A stretch of 64,000 bases of DNA. It comes from Escherichia coli. GTDB lineage: Bacteria; Pseudomonadota; Gammaproteobacteria; Enterobacterales; Enterobacteriaceae. Each line of letters starts with the position of its first letter. Position 1 is the first letter of the stretch. A program made the translations under genes and the position numbers. This document shows positions 45,641 through 60,096 of the stretch, in pieces. Below the pieces are notes generated by a model that was not told the origin of the DNA, searched no databases, and saw only the letters and a program-made list of their open reading frames with translations. Location: assembly GCF_036507355.1 (NCBI RefSeq), contig NZ_AP027877.1; one strand, 5' to 3'.

Positions 45641-45949
45641 AATGACTCCTGAAAAAACAAAATCGTGCCTCACACCTTAATGCGATTAGCCGATGGCGGA
45701 ACGACAAATTTTGTTAATTTTTATGAGTTCGGGCAACACCTTTATAGCAAACTGGCGTAGAGTCTGATTTCAGGCCCGATATAAAGTGGTAACGAGGCGT
45801 TCCAGCGCGGGCCAGGCTCTTACGGTGCGGCAGAATTTCCAGTATAATAGCCGCCTTTTTTCATTCAGTTGTGACATACAGCTAACGCTGCGACTTGGTC
45901 ACCTGCGCAGCAGGGGGCATCCGCCGGCAGCTAAGTTAAGGGATATCTC

Positions 45950-47722
45950 ATGCGTACAGAATATTGTGGACAGCTCCGTTTGTCCCACGTGGGGCAGCAG
46001 GTGACTCTGTGTGGTTGGGTCAACCGTCGTCGTGATCTTGGTAGCCTGATCTTCATCGATATGCGCGACCGCGAAGGTATCGTGCAGGTATTTTTCGATC
46101 CGGATCGTGCGGACGCGTTAAAGCTGGCCTCTGAACTGCGTAATGAGTTCTGCATTCAGGTCACGGGCACCGTACGTGCGCGTGACGAAAAAAATATTAA
46201 CCGCGATATGGCGACCGGAGAAATCGAAGTGCTGGCGTCCTCGCTGACTATCATCAACCGCGCAGATGTTCTGCCGCTTGACTCTAACCACGTCAACACC
46301 GAAGAAGCGCGTCTGAAATACCGCTACCTCGACCTGCGTCGCCCGGAAATGGCTCAGCGCCTGAAAACCCGCGCTAAAATCACCAGCCTGGTGCGCCGTT
46401 TTATGGATGACCACGGCTTCCTCGACATCGAAACTCCGATGCTGACCAAAGCCACGCCGGAAGGCGCGCGTGACTACCTGGTGCCTTCTCGTGTGCACAA
46501 AGGTAAATTCTACGCACTGCCGCAATCCCCACAGTTGTTCAAACAGCTGCTGATGATGTCCGGCTTTGACCGCTACTATCAGATCGTTAAATGCTTCCGT
46601 GACGAAGACCTGCGCGCTGATCGTCAGCCTGAATTTACTCAGATCGATGTGGAAACTTCTTTCATGACCGCGCCGCAAGTGCGTGAAGTGATGGAAGCGC
46701 TGGTGCGCCATCTGTGGCTGGAAGTGAAGGGCGTGGATCTGGGCGATTTCCCGGTAATGACCTTTGCGGAAGCCGAACGCCGTTATGGTTCTGATAAACC
46801 GGATCTGCGTAACCCGATGGAACTGACCGACGTTGCTGATCTGCTGAAATCTGTTGAGTTTGCAGTATTTGCAGGTCCGGCGAACGATCCGAAAGGTCGC
46901 GTTGCCGCTCTGCGTGTTCCGGGTGGCGCATCGCTGACCCGTAAGCAGATCGACGAATACGGTAACTTCGTTAAAATCTACGGCGCGAAAGGTCTGGCTT
47001 ACATCAAAGTTAACGAACGCGCGAAAGGTCTGGAAGGTATCAACAGCCCGGTAGCGAAGTTCCTTAATGCTGAAATCATCGAAGCCATCCTGGATCGTAC
47101 TGCCGCGCAAGATGGCGATATGATTTTCTTCGGTGCCGACAACAAGAAAATTGTTGCCGACGCGATGGGCGCACTGCGCCTGAAAGTGGGTAAAGACCTT
47201 GGTCTGACCGACGAAAGCAAATGGGCACCGCTGTGGGTTATCGACTTCCCGATGTTTGAAGACGACGGTGAAGGCGGCCTGACGGCAATGCACCATCCGT
47301 TCACCTCACCGAAAGACATGACGGCTGCAGAGCTGAAAGCTGCACCGGAAAATGCGGTGGCGAACGCTTACGATATGGTCATCAATGGTTACGAAGTGGG
47401 CGGTGGTTCAGTACGTATCCATAATGGTGATATGCAGCAGACGGTGTTTGGTATTCTGGGTATCAACGAAGAGGAACAGCGCGAGAAATTCGGCTTCCTG
47501 CTCGACGCTCTGAAATACGGTACTCCGCCGCACGCAGGTCTGGCATTCGGTCTTGACCGTCTGACCATGCTGCTGACCGGCACCGACAATATCCGTGACG
47601 TTATCGCCTTCCCGAAAACCACGGCGGCAGCGTGTCTGATGACTGAAGCTCCGAGCTTTGCTAACCCGGCTGCACTGGCTGAGCTGAGCATTCAGGTTGT
47701 GAAGAAGGCTGAGAATAACTGA
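45950..47722 (+). CDS. aspS: Aspartate--tRNA ligase AspS
   Basis: 590 aa, class II motifs ([27 protein letters not shown]). Matches recalled AspRS. Confidence 0.98.
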   Translation: MRTEYCGQLRLSHVGQQVTLCGWVNRRRDLGSLIFIDMRDREGIVQVFFDPDRADALKLASELRNEFCIQVTGTVRARDEKNINRDMATGEIEVLASSLTIINRADVLPLDSNHVNTEEARLKYRYLDLRRPEMAQRLKTRAKITSLVRRFMDDHGFLDIETPMLTKATPEGARDYLVPSRVHKGKFYALPQSPQLFKQLLMMSGFDRYYQIVKCFRDEDLRADRQPEFTQIDVETSFMTAPQVREVMEALVRHLWLEVKGVDLGDFPVMTFAEAERRYGSDKPDLRNPMELTDVADLLKSVEFAVFAGPANDPKGRVAALRVPGGASLTRKQIDEYGNFVKIYGAKGLAYIKVNERAKGLEGINSPVAKFLNAEIIEAILDRTAAQDGDMIFFGADNKKIVADAMGALRLKVGKDLGLTDESKWAPLWVIDFPMFEDDGEGGLTAMHHPFTSPKDMTAAELKAAPENAVANAYDMVINGYEVGGGSVRIHNGDMQQTVFGILGINEEEQREKFGFLLDALKYGTPPHAGLAFGLDRLTMLLTGTDNIRDVIAFPKTTAAACLMTEAPSFANPAALAELSIQVVKKAENN

Positions 47723-47839
47723 TATGACTCAAATACACGAAATCATTCGCGTTGCATCGAGGCGGCAACTGAGTGAACTCCCATGAGCATAGATAACTAT
47801 GTGAATGGGATGAGCGAAGGCAGTCAACGAAGAGGCAGC

Positions 47840-48292
47840 GTGAAGGATAAAGTGTATAAGCGTCCCGTTTCGATCTTAGTGGTCATCTACGCACAAGATA
47901 CGAAACGGGTGCTGATGTTGCAGCGGCGTGATGACCCCGATTTCTGGCAGTCGGTAACCGGCAGCGTGGAAGAGGGTGAAACCGCGCCGCAAGCTGCCAT
48001 GCGCGAAGTAAAGGAAGAGGTCACCATTGATGTTGTCGCTGAACAACTGACCTTAATTGACTGTCAGCGCACGGTAGAGTTTGAAATTTTTTCACATTTA
48101 CGTCATCGCTATGCGCCGGGCGTGACGCGTAATACGGAATCATGGTTCTGTCTTGCGCTTCCGCACGAGCGGCAGATCGTTTTCACTGAACATCTGGCTT
48201 ACAAGTGGCTTGATGCGCCTGCTGCGGCGGCGCTCACTAAGTCCTGGAGCAACCGGCAGGCGATTGAACAGTTTGTAATTAACGCTGCCTGA
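47840..48292 (+). CDS. nudB: Dihydroneopterin triphosphate pyrophosphatase NudB
   Basis: Nudix box [24 protein letters not shown] start at 47840 gives the 150-aa K-12 form. Confidence 0.9.
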
Positions 48293-48320
48293 ACAGGCAG
48301 GGCTATCTGGAGATATTTTT

Positions 48321-49061
48321 ATGGCAGGTCATAGTAAATGGGCCAACACCAGACATCGTAAAGCTGCGCAGGATGCTAAGCGCGGTAAAATCTTCACTAA
48401 AATCATTCGTGAGCTGGTAACCGCGGCTAAGCTGGGCGGTGGCGATCCGGACGCTAACCCGCGTCTGCGTGCAGCAATTGATAAAGCACTGTCTAACAAC
48501 ATGACCCGCGACACACTGAACCGCGCAATTGCACGTGGTGTGGGCGGTGATGATGATGCAAACATGGAAACCATCATCTACGAAGGTTACGGTCCTGGCG
48601 GCACGGCAATCATGATTGAATGTCTGTCTGACAACCGCAACCGTACCGTTGCTGAAGTGCGTCATGCATTCAGCAAATGTGGCGGTAACCTCGGTACTGA
48701 TGGTTCCGTAGCTTATCTGTTCAGCAAAAAAGGCGTCATCTCCTTCGAGAAAGGCGATGAAGACACCATCATGGAAGCAGCACTGGAAGCAGGTGCTGAA
48801 GACGTTGTGACCTATGATGACGGCGCGATTGATGTCTACACTGCATGGGAAGAAATGGGTAAAGTGCGCGACGCTCTGGAAGCGGCAGGTCTGAAAGCAG
48901 ACAGCGCGGAAGTTTCCATGATCCCGTCTACCAAAGCTGATATGGATGCAGAAACCGCACCGAAACTGATGCGTCTGATCGATATGCTGGAAGATTGCGA
49001 CGACGTGCAGGAAGTTTACCATAACGGTGAAATCTCTGATGAGGTCGCAGCGACTCTCTGA
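48321..49061 (+). CDS. yebC: YebC/PmpR family DNA-binding regulator
   Basis: [27 protein letters not shown]... is the hallmark N-terminus. 246 aa. Confidence 0.95.
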
Positions 49062-49095
49062 TGAGGCCTGCTAAACAGCAAAACGGAGACGCGTG

Positions 49096-49617
49096 ATGGC
49101 TATTATTCTCGGCATTGATCCGGGTTCGCGCGTGACCGGCTACGGTGTCATCCGCCAGGTAGGTAGGCAACTGTCCTACCTGGGTAGCGGATGCATACGC
49201 ACCAAAGTGGATGATTTACCGTCTCGTCTGAAACTCATCTATGCGGGCGTGACGGAAATCATCACCCAGTTCCAGCCTGATTATTTCGCCATTGAACAAG
49301 TCTTTATGGCAAAGAACGCTGACTCAGCCCTGAAACTGGGCCAGGCGCGCGGCGTGGCGATTGTGGCGGCGGTGAATCAGGAGTTGCCGGTATTTGAATA
49401 CGCGGCACGTCAGGTAAAGCAAACGGTGGTAGGTATTGGTAGTGCCGAAAAAAGCCAGGTGCAGCATATGGTCCGCACCTTGCTGAAACTGCCCGCTAAT
49501 CCACAGGCGGATGCCGCCGATGCGCTGGCGATTGCCATCACCCACTGCCACGTTAGTCAGAATGCGATGCAGATGAGCGAATCGCGGCTGAACCTGGCGA
49601 GAGGGCGACTGCGTTAA
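49096..49617 (+). CDS. ruvC: Holliday junction resolvase RuvC
   Basis: [19 protein letters not shown]... (catalytic D in GIDPG). 173 aa. SD GGAG 7 nt upstream. Confidence 0.95.
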
Positions 49618-49618
49618 G

Positions 49619-50221
49619 TTATACCGCCTCGGTCAGTTCCGGCTGAGGCGTTTCCACTCCCTCCGCATGAATCAACACCAAACCCGGATGATGCCACAAA
49701 CTGGCTGGCGTGACGGTTTTACGCTCCCACGGAATAGAACCCAGGAACCAGAATTTCCAGAAAGTGAGTTTTGCATTCGGATTTCTATTTAACAATTCTC
49801 CAAACGTCTCTATTTCACCCACCGGAATACATAGCGCTTCTTTATAAATATCAAAAACAAATTTTGAACAGAACTGGCGCGAAGATTCGTATTTAAAACC
49901 GGTGTGGTAAAGTTTGCGTAGCCGGGAGGGAACCTGTTCAACAATTCGTTGTTTTTGTTGTTCTGTCAGCCCAGCGTCTAATCGCTTTATAGCATAGCGT
50001 TGATTAGACGAACGTTTAATAAAACGAGATAGCGTGGTGATGGTTGAAAGGGGAACCCGGCTTTCTGCAACCAGGAAGTCTTCACCGTTATGACCGATAA
50101 TGATCCCGACGTGATTACTCCAGCAATTTGATGCAGCTGATATTTGACCAAATAAGGCAGCACCTATACATGTAAAGACGATATCTCCAATTTCATATTC
50201 AGCAGGGTAATTAATATTCAC
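49619..50221 (-). CDS. yebB: YebB (NlpC/P60-like/DUF830 family)
   Basis: GTG start at 50221 gives the 200-aa K-12 form ([16 protein letters not shown]...). The longer ORF to 50320 was rejected. Confidence 0.85.
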   Translation of the reverse strand: MNINYPAEYEIGDIVFTCIGAALFGQISAASNCWSNHVGIIIGHNGEDFLVAESRVPLSTITTLSRFIKRSSNQRYAIKRLDAGLTEQQKQRIVEQVPSRLRKLYHTGFKYESSRQFCSKFVFDIYKEALCIPVGEIETFGELLNRNPNAKLTFWKFWFLGSIPWERKTVTPASLWHHPGLVLIHAEGVETPQPELTEAV

Positions 50222-50428
50222 GTTGTCATTCCATGGAAATAGATACGAATATACGTAATAGCATAAAAAATTTATTTTTTCAGGAGGCGCAATGTATATT
50301 TTTATTACGCATTTCTTCACTGAATATGTAATATTAAAATATTTGCTTCCAATATAACCTGTAGAATAAATTATACTGTGCCATTTTTCAGTTCATCGAG
50401 ACACCTCGCAAGTTTTCTTCATCCTTCG

Positions 50429-50444
50429 CTGGATATCTATCCAG
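50429..50444. promoter_or_regulatory. LexA (SOS) box of the ruvAB operon
   Basis: CTGGATATCTATCCAG fits CTG-N10-CAG perfectly. It lies ~50 bp upstream of ruvA. Confidence 0.8.
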
Positions 50445-50495
50445 CATTTTTTTATCATACAGCATTATCTTTGATTCATTACGCAGGAGCGTCAT

Positions 50496-51107
50496 GTGAT
50501 AGGCAGACTCAGAGGCATCATCATTGAAAAACAACCCCCGCTGGTGTTAATTGAAGTGGGCGGCGTAGGCTATGAAGTGCATATGCCGATGACCTGTTTT
50601 TATGAACTCCCTGAAGCGGGTCAGGAAGCGATCGTTTTCACCCACTTTGTGGTGCGTGAAGACGCGCAACTGCTGTACGGTTTTAACAATAAACAAGAGC
50701 GCACGTTGTTCAAAGAGTTGATCAAAACCAACGGCGTCGGCCCGAAGTTGGCGCTGGCGATCCTCTCCGGAATGTCAGCGCAGCAGTTCGTTAATGCCGT
50801 TGAGCGTGAAGAAGTGGGGGCACTGGTGAAACTGCCGGGTATTGGCAAAAAAACCGCCGAACGCTTGATTGTTGAAATGAAAGACCGATTTAAAGGTTTG
50901 CATGGCGATCTCTTTACGCCAGCCGCCGACCTGGTACTCACGTCTCCTGCCAGCCCGGCGACCGACGATGCTGAACAAGAAGCGGTTGCCGCGCTGGTGG
51001 CGCTGGGCTATAAACCACAAGAAGCAAGCCGCATGGTGAGCAAAATCGCTCGCCCTGACGCCAGCAGTGAAACATTAATTCGCGAAGCCCTACGCGCCGC
51101 GTTATGA
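50496..51107 (+). CDS. ruvA: Holliday junction branch-migration protein RuvA
   Basis: GTG start, [28 protein letters not shown]..., 203 aa. Confidence 0.97.
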   Translation: MIGRLRGIIIEKQPPLVLIEVGGVGYEVHMPMTCFYELPEAGQEAIVFTHFVVREDAQLLYGFNNKQERTLFKELIKTNGVGPKLALAILSGMSAQQFVNAVEREEVGALVKLPGIGKKTAERLIVEMKDRFKGLHGDLFTPAADLVLTSPASPATDDAEQEAVAALVALGYKPQEASRMVSKIARPDASSETLIREALRAAL

Positions 51108-51112
51108 GGTAA

Positions 51113-52126
<1,014 letters not shown>

Positions 52127-52255
52127 GTCGGATTGGTCGCTCGCGCCGCATCTGACATTGGCAGTGTGCCTGATGCGACGCTATTCGCGTCTTATCAGGC
52201 ATATACCAGAGATAGCGAACCGTAGGTCGGATAAGGCGCTCGCGCCGCATCCGAC
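52127..52255. repeat. Cluster of three REP elements (BIME)
   Basis: GTCGGATTGGTCGCTCGCGCCGCATCTGAC, GCCTGATGCGACGCTATTCGCGTCTTATCAGGC and GTAGGTCGGATAAGGCGCTCGCGCCGCATCCGAC. Confidence 0.8.
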
Positions 52256-52274
52256 AAATGTGTTCAGCGACAGA

Positions 52275-53060
52275 TTAGCTGGCCTGCTTTTTCATCATAC
52301 TGATAATAAATAACAGTGCCGCACATAGCACCACCGACGGACCCGCCGGCGTATCGTAAAACGCGGAAAAGGTTAAACCGCCAGTTACTGCCACCATCCC
52401 CACCAAAACAGCGACACCAGCCATCTGTTCCGGCGTACGGGCAAAGCGACGCGCAGTAGCTGCAGGAATAATCAGCAACGAAGTAATAATCAACGCACCG
52501 ACAAATTTCATCGCTACACCAATCGTCAATGCCGTCACCAGCATCAACAACAATTTCACTCGCTGTAATTTCACACCATCAACAAACGCCAGATCCGGGC
52601 TAATCGTCATCGACAGCAAATTGCGCCATTGCCAGAACAAAATAGCCACCACGATGACCACGCCAATCGCAATAGAGATGAGATCTTCTGGCGTCACTGC
52701 CAGCAAATCACCGAACAGGTAAGCCATCAAATCAACACGAATGTTAGACATCAGACTAACGACCACCAGGCCCAGCGACAGGGCACTGTGCGCCATAATT
52801 CCTAATAATGTGTCGATCGCCAGCTGTGGACGTTTCTCCAGCCATACCAGACCGCCCGCCAGCAGCAGCGTAACGGCAATTACCGCATAGAATGGATTCA
52901 CGTCCAGCAACAAACCAAACGCGACGCCAAGTAATGAGGCATGAGCCAGCGTATCACCGAAATAAGACATACGACGCCAGACTACAAACGAACCCAGCGG
53001 ACCCGCGGCACAGGCGAGCATGATCCCGGCTAACCAACCGGGAAATAATAATTCAATCAT
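52275..53060 (-). CDS. znuB: Zinc ABC transporter permease ZnuB
   Basis: 261-aa polytopic permease. 4-nt overlap with the znuC stop. Confidence 0.95.
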
Positions 53061-53812
53061 GAGCGATCATTTCCCCGACGCAAAACAATTCGTCCCTGTA
53101 AATCGTGACGATGATTATGATGATGGCGATAGATACCCAGTTGTTCAGCACCACGAGGACCAAACATTGAAATAAACTCCGGATGCAGGGAAACAACTTC
53201 CGGTGTGCCGGAACAACAAATGTGGTGATTCAGGCACAGCACTTCATCGGTTTTTGCCATCACCAGATGCAGATCGTGAGAAACCATTAAAACGCCACAA
53301 TCCAGTTCACGACGCAGTTGGTCAATAAGGTCATATAACGCCACCTGGCCATTTACATCCACGCCTTGAGTGGGTTCATCCAGCACTAATAATTGCGGGC
53401 GATTTAACAATGCTCGCGCTAACAGTACACGCTGCGTTTCGCCACCAGAGAGCTTTTGCATCGGTGCGTTAATCAGGTGCCCGGCCTGGACACGTTTCAG
53501 TGCAGGCAAAATATCTTCTTTATGTGTACCAGGGCGTAAGCGTAAAAAACGGTTTACGGTCAGTGGCAACGTGGTGTCGAGATACAGCTTCTGCGGTACA
53601 TAGCCGATGCGCAGTTTTCCGTTGCGCTTGATAACCCCTTCATCGGGTGTTACCAGCCCGAGCACTACCCGTACCAGTGTCGACTTACCTGCGCCATTTG
53701 GCCCAAGTAAAGTCAAAATTTTTCCAGGTTTAAGTTCCAGCGACACATCAGAGAGGACGCGGCGTTGGCCAAAAGAAACCGAGACATTTTCCAGGGAAAC
53801 CAGACTTGTCAT
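53057..53812 (-). CDS. znuC: Zinc ABC transporter ATP-binding protein ZnuC
   Basis: Walker [10 protein letters not shown], signature LSGGETQR, Walker B LLVLDEP. Confidence 0.95.
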
Positions 53813-53837
53813 GTTAATTTTAGTCTTGCAGTAGTCA

Positions 53838-53857
53838 TGAAATGTTATAATATCACA
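53838..53857. promoter_or_regulatory. Zur operator in the divergent znuA / znuCB promoter region
   Basis: TGAAATGTTATAATATCACA is an AT-rich near-palindrome (GTTATAATATCAC core), as recalled for the Zur box. It sits between the znuC and znuA starts. Confidence 0.75.
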
Positions 53858-53890
53858 CTTCTCATATTCATTACGATGATTGGTCGCATT

Positions 53891-54823
53891 ATGTTACATA
53901 AAAAAACGCTTCTTTTCGCAGCATTATCCGCCGCTCTCTGGGAAGGTGCAACACAGGCCGCAGATGCCGCCGTTGTCGCTTCGCTTAAACCCGTTGGGTT
54001 CATCGCTTCTGCCATTGCTGATGGGGTAACAGAAACGGAGGTTTTACTTCCTGACGGCGCTTCAGAACATGATTATTCACTGCGTCCATCGGATGTAAAA
54101 CGCTTACAGAACGCGGACTTAGTCGTTTGGGTTGGCCCGGAGATGGAAGCGTTTATGCAAAAACCGGTAAGCAAATTACCAGAAGCGAAACAGGTAACGA
54201 TTGCGCAGCTAGAAGATGTGAAACCGCTACTAATGAAAAGTATTCACGGCGATGATGATGATCACGACCACGCGGAAAAAAGTGACGAAGATCACCATCA
54301 CGGCGATTTCAACATGCATCTTTGGCTTTCCCCAGAGATAGCGCGGGCTACAGCGGTTGCAATCCATGGAAAATTAGTGGAACTTATGCCGCAAAGTCGA
54401 GCCAAACTTGACGCCAACCTGAAGGATTTTGAGGCACAATTAGCCTCAACCGAAACGCAGGTTGGTAACGAGCTCGCGCCGTTCAAGGGGAAAGGTTATT
54501 TCGTTTTTCACGATGCTTACGGCTATTTCGAAAAACAGTTCGGACTGACACCGCTTGGTCATTTTACCGTTAACCCTGAGATTCAACCTGGCGCGCAGCG
54601 TTTACATGAAATAAGAACACAGTTGGTTGAGCAAAAAGCAACCTGCGTTTTTGCTGAGCCACAGTTCAGGCCAGCGGTCGTTGAGAGCGTCGCACGAGGG
54701 ACATCCGTTCGTATGGGAACGTTGGATCCCCTGGGGACGAATATCAAACTGGGTAAAACAAGCTATTCAGAATTCCTGAGTCAATTAGCCAACCAGTATG
54801 CGAGCTGCCTGAAAGGAGATTAA
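53891..54823 (+). CDS. znuA: Zinc ABC transporter periplasmic binding protein ZnuA
   Basis: [16 protein letters not shown]... signal peptide and His/Asp-rich loop [21 protein letters not shown]. Start at 53891. The 42-codon upstream extension crossing the Zur box was rejected. Confidence 0.95.
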
Positions 54824-54838
54824 TGAGGAAGTGATTAC

Positions 54839-56161
54839 GTGCAACAGATAGCCCGCTCTGTCGCCCTGGCGTTTAATAATTTACCGCGACCACACCGCGT
54901 TATGTTGGGGTCGCTCACCGTTCTTACTCTGGCCGTCGCTGTCTGGCGGCCCTATGTTTATCACCGCGATGCCACGCCAATTGTCAAAACCATTGAGCTG
55001 GAACAGAACGAAATTCGTTCGCTCTTACCTGAAGCCAGTGAGCCGATTGATCAAGCTGCACAAGAAGATGAAGCCATTCCCCAGGACGAACTGGATGACA
55101 AAATCGCCGGTGAAGCGGGCGTGCATGAATATGTTGTTTCCACTGGCGATACGCTAAGCAGCATTCTCAATCAGTATGGTATTGATATGGGTGATATCAC
55201 CCAACTGGCTGCGGCCGACAAAGAATTGCGTAACCTGAAAATCGGTCAACAACTCTCCTGGACATTAACCGCGGACGGCGAACTGCAGCGCCTCACCTGG
55301 GAAGTGTCTCGTCGTGAAACCCGAACCTATGACCGTACTGCCGCTAACGGTTTTAAAATGACCAGCGAAATGCAGCAAGGAGAGTGGGTTAACAATCTGC
55401 TGAAAGGTACCGTCGGGGGGAGCTTTGTTGCCAGCGCCAGAAACGCCGGTTTAACCAGCGCCGAAGTGAGCGCAGTGATTAAAGCCATGCAGTGGCAAAT
55501 GGATTTCCGCAAACTGAAAAAAGGCGATGAATTTGCGGTATTAATGTCTCGAGAAATGCTTGATGGTAAACGTGAGCAAAGCCAGCTGCTGGGCGTACGT
55601 TTGCGTTCAGAAGGTAAAGATTATTACGCTATCCGCGCTGAAGATGGCAAATTCTACGATCGTAACGGTACTGGTCTGGCGAAAGGATTCTTGCGATTCC
55701 CGACGGCGAAACAGTTCCGTATCTCGTCTAACTTTAACCCGCGTCGTACTAATCCGGTGACCGGTCGCGTTGCACCACACAGAGGTGTTGATTTCGCCAT
55801 GCCGCAGGGTACGCCAGTGCTTTCAGTGGGTGACGGTGAAGTGGTGGTTGCCAAACGCAGTGGCGCAGCAGGTTATTATGTGGCTATTCGTCATGGTCGC
55901 AGCTACACCACGCGTTATATGCACTTGCGCAAGATTCTGGTGAAACCGGGACAGAAGGTGAAACGTGGCGACCGTATCGCGCTTTCCGGTAATACCGGAC
56001 GTTCAACCGGGCCGCATCTGCACTATGAAGTATGGATAAACCAGCAGGCCGTAAACCCGCTGACGGCAAAACTGCCGCGTACCGAAGGGCTGACCGGCTC
56101 CGATCGTCGCGAATTCCTGGCGCAGGCCAAAGAGATTGTGCCGCAGCTACGGTTTGATTAA
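54839..56161 (+). CDS. mepM: Murein DD-endopeptidase MepM (YebA), LysM + M23 peptidase
   Basis: LysM segment ([17 protein letters not shown]) and M23 motifs HRGVDF and [11 protein letters not shown] start. 440 aa. Confidence 0.95.
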
Positions 56162-56176
56162 TTAACATCCATTCGC

Positions 56177-56207
56177 AGCCGGTACGCAGTCAGTACCGGC
56201 TTTTTTT
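56177..56207 (+). terminator. Rho-independent terminator of mepM
   Basis: AGCCGGTAC-GCAGTCA-GTACCGGCT followed by TTTTTTT. Confidence 0.8.
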
Positions 56208-56280
56208 ATTTGGTGCGGGGCAAGTTGCGCCGCTACACTATCACCAGATTGATTTTTGCCTTATCCGAAACTGGAAAAGC

Positions 56281-57252
56281 ATGGAAACGAAAAAAAATAA
56301 TAGCGAATACATTCCTGAGTTTGATAAATCCTTTCGCCACCCGCGCTACTGGGGAGCATGGCTGGGCGTAGCAGCGATGGCGGGTATCGCTTTAACGCCG
56401 CCAAAGTTCCGTGATCCCATTCTGGCACGGCTGGGACGTTTTGCCGGACGACTGGGAAAAAGCTCACGCCGTCGTGCGTTAATCAATCTGTCGCTCTGCT
56501 TTCCAGAACGTAGTGAAGCTGAACGCGAAGCGATTGTTGATGAGATGTTTGCCACCGCGCCGCAAGCGATGGCAATGATGGCTGAGTTGGCAATACGCGG
56601 GCCGGAGAAAATTCAGCCGCGCGTTGACTGGCAAGGGCTGGAGATCATCGAAGAGATGCGGCGTAATAACGAGAAAGTTATCTTTCTGGTGCCGCACGGT
56701 TGGGCCGTCGATATTCCTGCCATGCTGATGGCCTCGCAAGGGCAGAAAATGGCAGCGATGTTCCATAATCAGGGCAACCCGGTTTTTGATTATGTCTGGA
56801 ACACGGTGCGTCGTCGCTTTGGCGGTCGTCTGCATGCGAGAAATGACGGTATTAAACCATTCATCCAGTCGGTACGTCAGGGGTACTGGGGATATTATTT
56901 ACCCGATCAGGATCATGGCCCAGAGCACAGCGAATTTGTGGATTTCTTTGCCACCTATAAAGCGACGTTGCCCGCGATTGGTCGTTTGATGAAAGTGTGC
57001 CGTGCGCGCGTTGTACCGCTGTTTCCGATTTATGATGGCAAGACGCATCGTCTGACGATTCAGGTGCGCCCACCGATGGATGATCTGTTAGAGGCGGATG
57101 ATCATACGATTGCGCGGCGGATGAATGAAGAAGTCGAGATTTTTGTTGGTCCGCGACCAGAACAATACACCTGGATACTAAAATTACTGAAAACTCGCAA
57201 ACCGGGCGAAATCCAGCCGTATAAGCGCAAAGATCTTTATCCCATCAAATAA
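56281..57252 (+). CDS. lpxM: Lipid A myristoyl acyltransferase LpxM (MsbB)
   Basis: [29 protein letters not shown]... 323 aa. Late acyltransferase family (HGW motif in LVPHGWAVD). Confidence 0.95.
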
Positions 57253-57275
57253 AAAAGCCTCTCGCGAGGAGAGGC
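57251..57275 (-). terminator. Rho-independent terminator (reads as hairpin plus U-tract on the minus strand; downstream of pykA, abutting the lpxM stop)
   Basis: GCCTCTC-N5-GAGAGGC stem. The A6 run on the plus strand becomes the U-tract for minus-strand transcripts. Confidence 0.65.
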
Positions 57276-57340
57276 CTTCGCCTGATGATAAGTTCAAGTT
57301 TGCTTCAGAATATTCGAAATCTGTTGAACTATCATTGAAC

Positions 57341-57376
57341 TGTAGGCCGGATGTGGCGTTTTCGCCGCATCCGGCA
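57341..57376. repeat. REP element
   Basis: TGTAGGCCGGATGTGGCGTTTTCGCCGCATCCGGCA. Confidence 0.75.
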
Positions 57377-57382
57377 ACGTAC

Positions 57383-58825
57383 TTACTCTACCGTTAAAAT
57401 ACGCGTGGTATTAGTAGAACCCACGGTACTCATCACGTCGCCCTGGGTGACAATCACCAGGTCACCAGACATCAAGTAACCTTTATCGCGCAGCAGATTA
57501 ACCGCTTCGCTGGCAGCTGCTACGCCGTCATTAGCGCTATCAAAGTGCACCGGCGTAACGCCACGATAGAGAGCAGTCAGGTTCAGCGTACGTTCATGGC
57601 GCGACATGGCGAAAATTGGTAGACCAGAGCTGATACGGGAGGTCATCAGCGCGGTACGACCCGATTCGGTCATGGTAATGATCGCCGTAACGCCTTTCAG
57701 GTGGTTAGCTGCGTACATTGCTGACATGGCAATAGCTTCTTCCACATTGTCGAACTGAACGTCCAGACGGTGTTTAGAAACGTTGATGCTCGGGATTTTT
57801 TCCGCACCCAGGCAAACGCGCGCCATGGCTGCAACAGTTTCTGACGGATACTGCCCAGCGGCAGTTTCTGCAGACAGCATCACAGCGTCAGTACCATCCA
57901 GAACGGCGTTTGCTACGTCCATGACTTCTGCACGCGTCGGCATCGGGTTAGTAATCATTGACTCCATCATCTGGGTCGCCGTGATTACCGCTCGGTTTAG
58001 CTGACGCGCACGACGGATCAACGCTTTCTGAATGCCGACCAGTTCCGGGTCGCCAATTTCCACACCGAGGTCGCCACGTGCAACCATTACCACGTCAGAG
58101 GCGAGGATGATGTCATCCATTGCATCCTGGCTGCAAACGGCTTCCGCACGTTCAACCTTGGCAACAATTTTCGCATCACATCCTGCATCGCGTGCCAGGC
58201 GACGGGCATAGTTCAGATCTTCGCCACAGCGTGGGAAGGAGACAGCCAGGTAATCTACGCCAATCAACGCCGCAGTCTTAATGTCTGCTTTGTCTTTTTC
58301 GGTCAGCGCTTCAGCCGACAAACCGCCGCCAAGTTTGTTGATACCTTTATTGTTGGAGAGGGGACCACCGACGGTGACTTCGGTGAACACTTTCATGCCC
58401 TGAACTTCCAGTACTTTTAACTGGACGCGACCATCGTCCAGCAGCAGGATGTCACCAGGCACGACGTCAGCAGGCAGGCCTTTGTAGTCGATACCGACTT
58501 TTTCTTTGTCGCCTTCACCTTTACCCAGGTTGGCGTCGAGCAGGAATTTATCCCCAATATTGAGGAAAACTTTGCCTTCTTTAAAGGTGGATACACGGAT
58601 TTTGGGCCCCTGGAGGTCACCCAGAATAGCCACATGACGCCCCAGTTTTGCGGCAATCTCACGAACTTTATCCGCGCGCATTTTGTGATCTTCAGGCGAG
58701 CCGTGAGAAAAGTTCATACGTACAACGTTGGCACCCGCCGCGATAACTTTTTCAAGATTATTATCGCGATCTGTTGCTGGGCCTAACGTGGTAACGATTT
58801 TTGTTCTGCGAAGCCTTCTGGACAT
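57383..58825 (-). CDS. pykA: Pyruvate kinase II PykA
   Basis: [27 protein letters not shown]... 480 aa. Start at 58825. The 47-codon upstream extension overlapping hexR was rejected. Confidence 0.97.
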
Positions 58826-58952
58826 GTAATACTCCGTTGACTGAAACAACCAGGTGTTGCTTGAACATGAAATCCGAATGAAATAACGCCACGATGGCGA
58901 TAAATTAATCTCATTCGGATGTCGTATAAGATTAGAACAGTGACAGTCGCTT

Positions 58953-59822
58953 TTAGCGATCGTCACTTAAATTAAGTAACTGCTTATCAAAACGCGATTC
59001 CTTCAGCGCTTCCTTGACCCGCTTCAAGTTATCTCTGAATTTTGCACCGCGTCGCAAAGTAAATCCTGTCGCCAGCACATCTATCACGGTCAGCTGTGCA
59101 AGTCGAGAAACCATGGGCATATAAATGTCAGTATCTTCCGGTACGTCGAGGGTAATTGCCAGCGTTGCTTCCCGAGCGAGCGGGGTACCCGCAGAGGTGA
59201 GGGCAATCACCATAGCGTCGTTTTCGCGTGCCAGCTGCGCCAGCTCGACCAGATTTTTTGTTCTTCCGGTGTGAGAAATCAGCACCACCACGTCTCCGTC
59301 GCTACAATTCATACAACTCATGCGTTGCAGCACAATATCATCGGAGTACACCACCGGAACATTAAAACGAAAGAACTTATTCATCGCATCGTGGGCAACG
59401 GCGGCTGAAGAGCCTAATCCGAAAAAGGCGATTTTTTTTGCCTGAGTGAGCAAGTCGACGGCGCGGTTGATGGCAGATTTATCCAGTGAATGGCGGACAT
59501 GATCGAGCGTTGCCATTGCGGACTCAAATATTTTCCCCGTGTATGATTCAACGCTGTCATCTTCATTGACGTTGCGATTAACATAGGGAGTGCCATTCGC
59601 CAGACTTTGTGCCAGATGAAGTTTAAAATCAGGAAAACCGCGCGTGTCCATGCTGCGACAGAAACGATTCACCGTCGGTTCGCTAACATTGGCTTCCAGC
59701 GCCAGAGCAGCAATACTCGAATGGATCGCGTTATCGGGCGAAGCCAGAATGACCTCGGCAACTTTGCGCTCCGATTTGCTCAAATGTTCCAGCTGAGACT
59801 GGATTTTTTCCAGCATATTCAT
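58953..59822 (-). CDS. hexR: RpiR-family transcriptional regulator HexR (YebK)
   Basis: N-terminal HTH ([13 protein letters not shown]...[11 protein letters not shown]) plus a SIS domain. Divergent from zwf. Confidence 0.95.
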
Positions 59823-60096
59823 GATGTAAAGAGACTCACGGGTAATGACGATTTCCGCACTGAAAGAAATCGAAATGCAGTTTTGTCAGATATTACGCCT
59901 GTGTGCTGTGTTAATGACAAAAGCAGATAAAAAAGTTGTTATTTTTTTTCATAACATGATCAGTGTCAGATTTTTACCCAATGGAAAACGATGATTTTTT
60001 TATCAGTTTTGCCGCACTTTACGCGCTTTTACCGTAATCGCACGGGTGGATAAGCGTTTACAGTTTTCGCAAGCTCGTAAAAGCAGTACAGTGCAC

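Noticed and set aside
46118-47296. 392-aa minus-strand ORF
   Set aside because: Antisense shadow of aspS, with no independent signals. The same reasoning applies to 60391-61359 (antisense zwf), 48303-49022 (antisense yebC), 8433-9230 (antisense hsdM), 30567-31127 (antisense otsA) and 24215-24760 (antisense ftnB).
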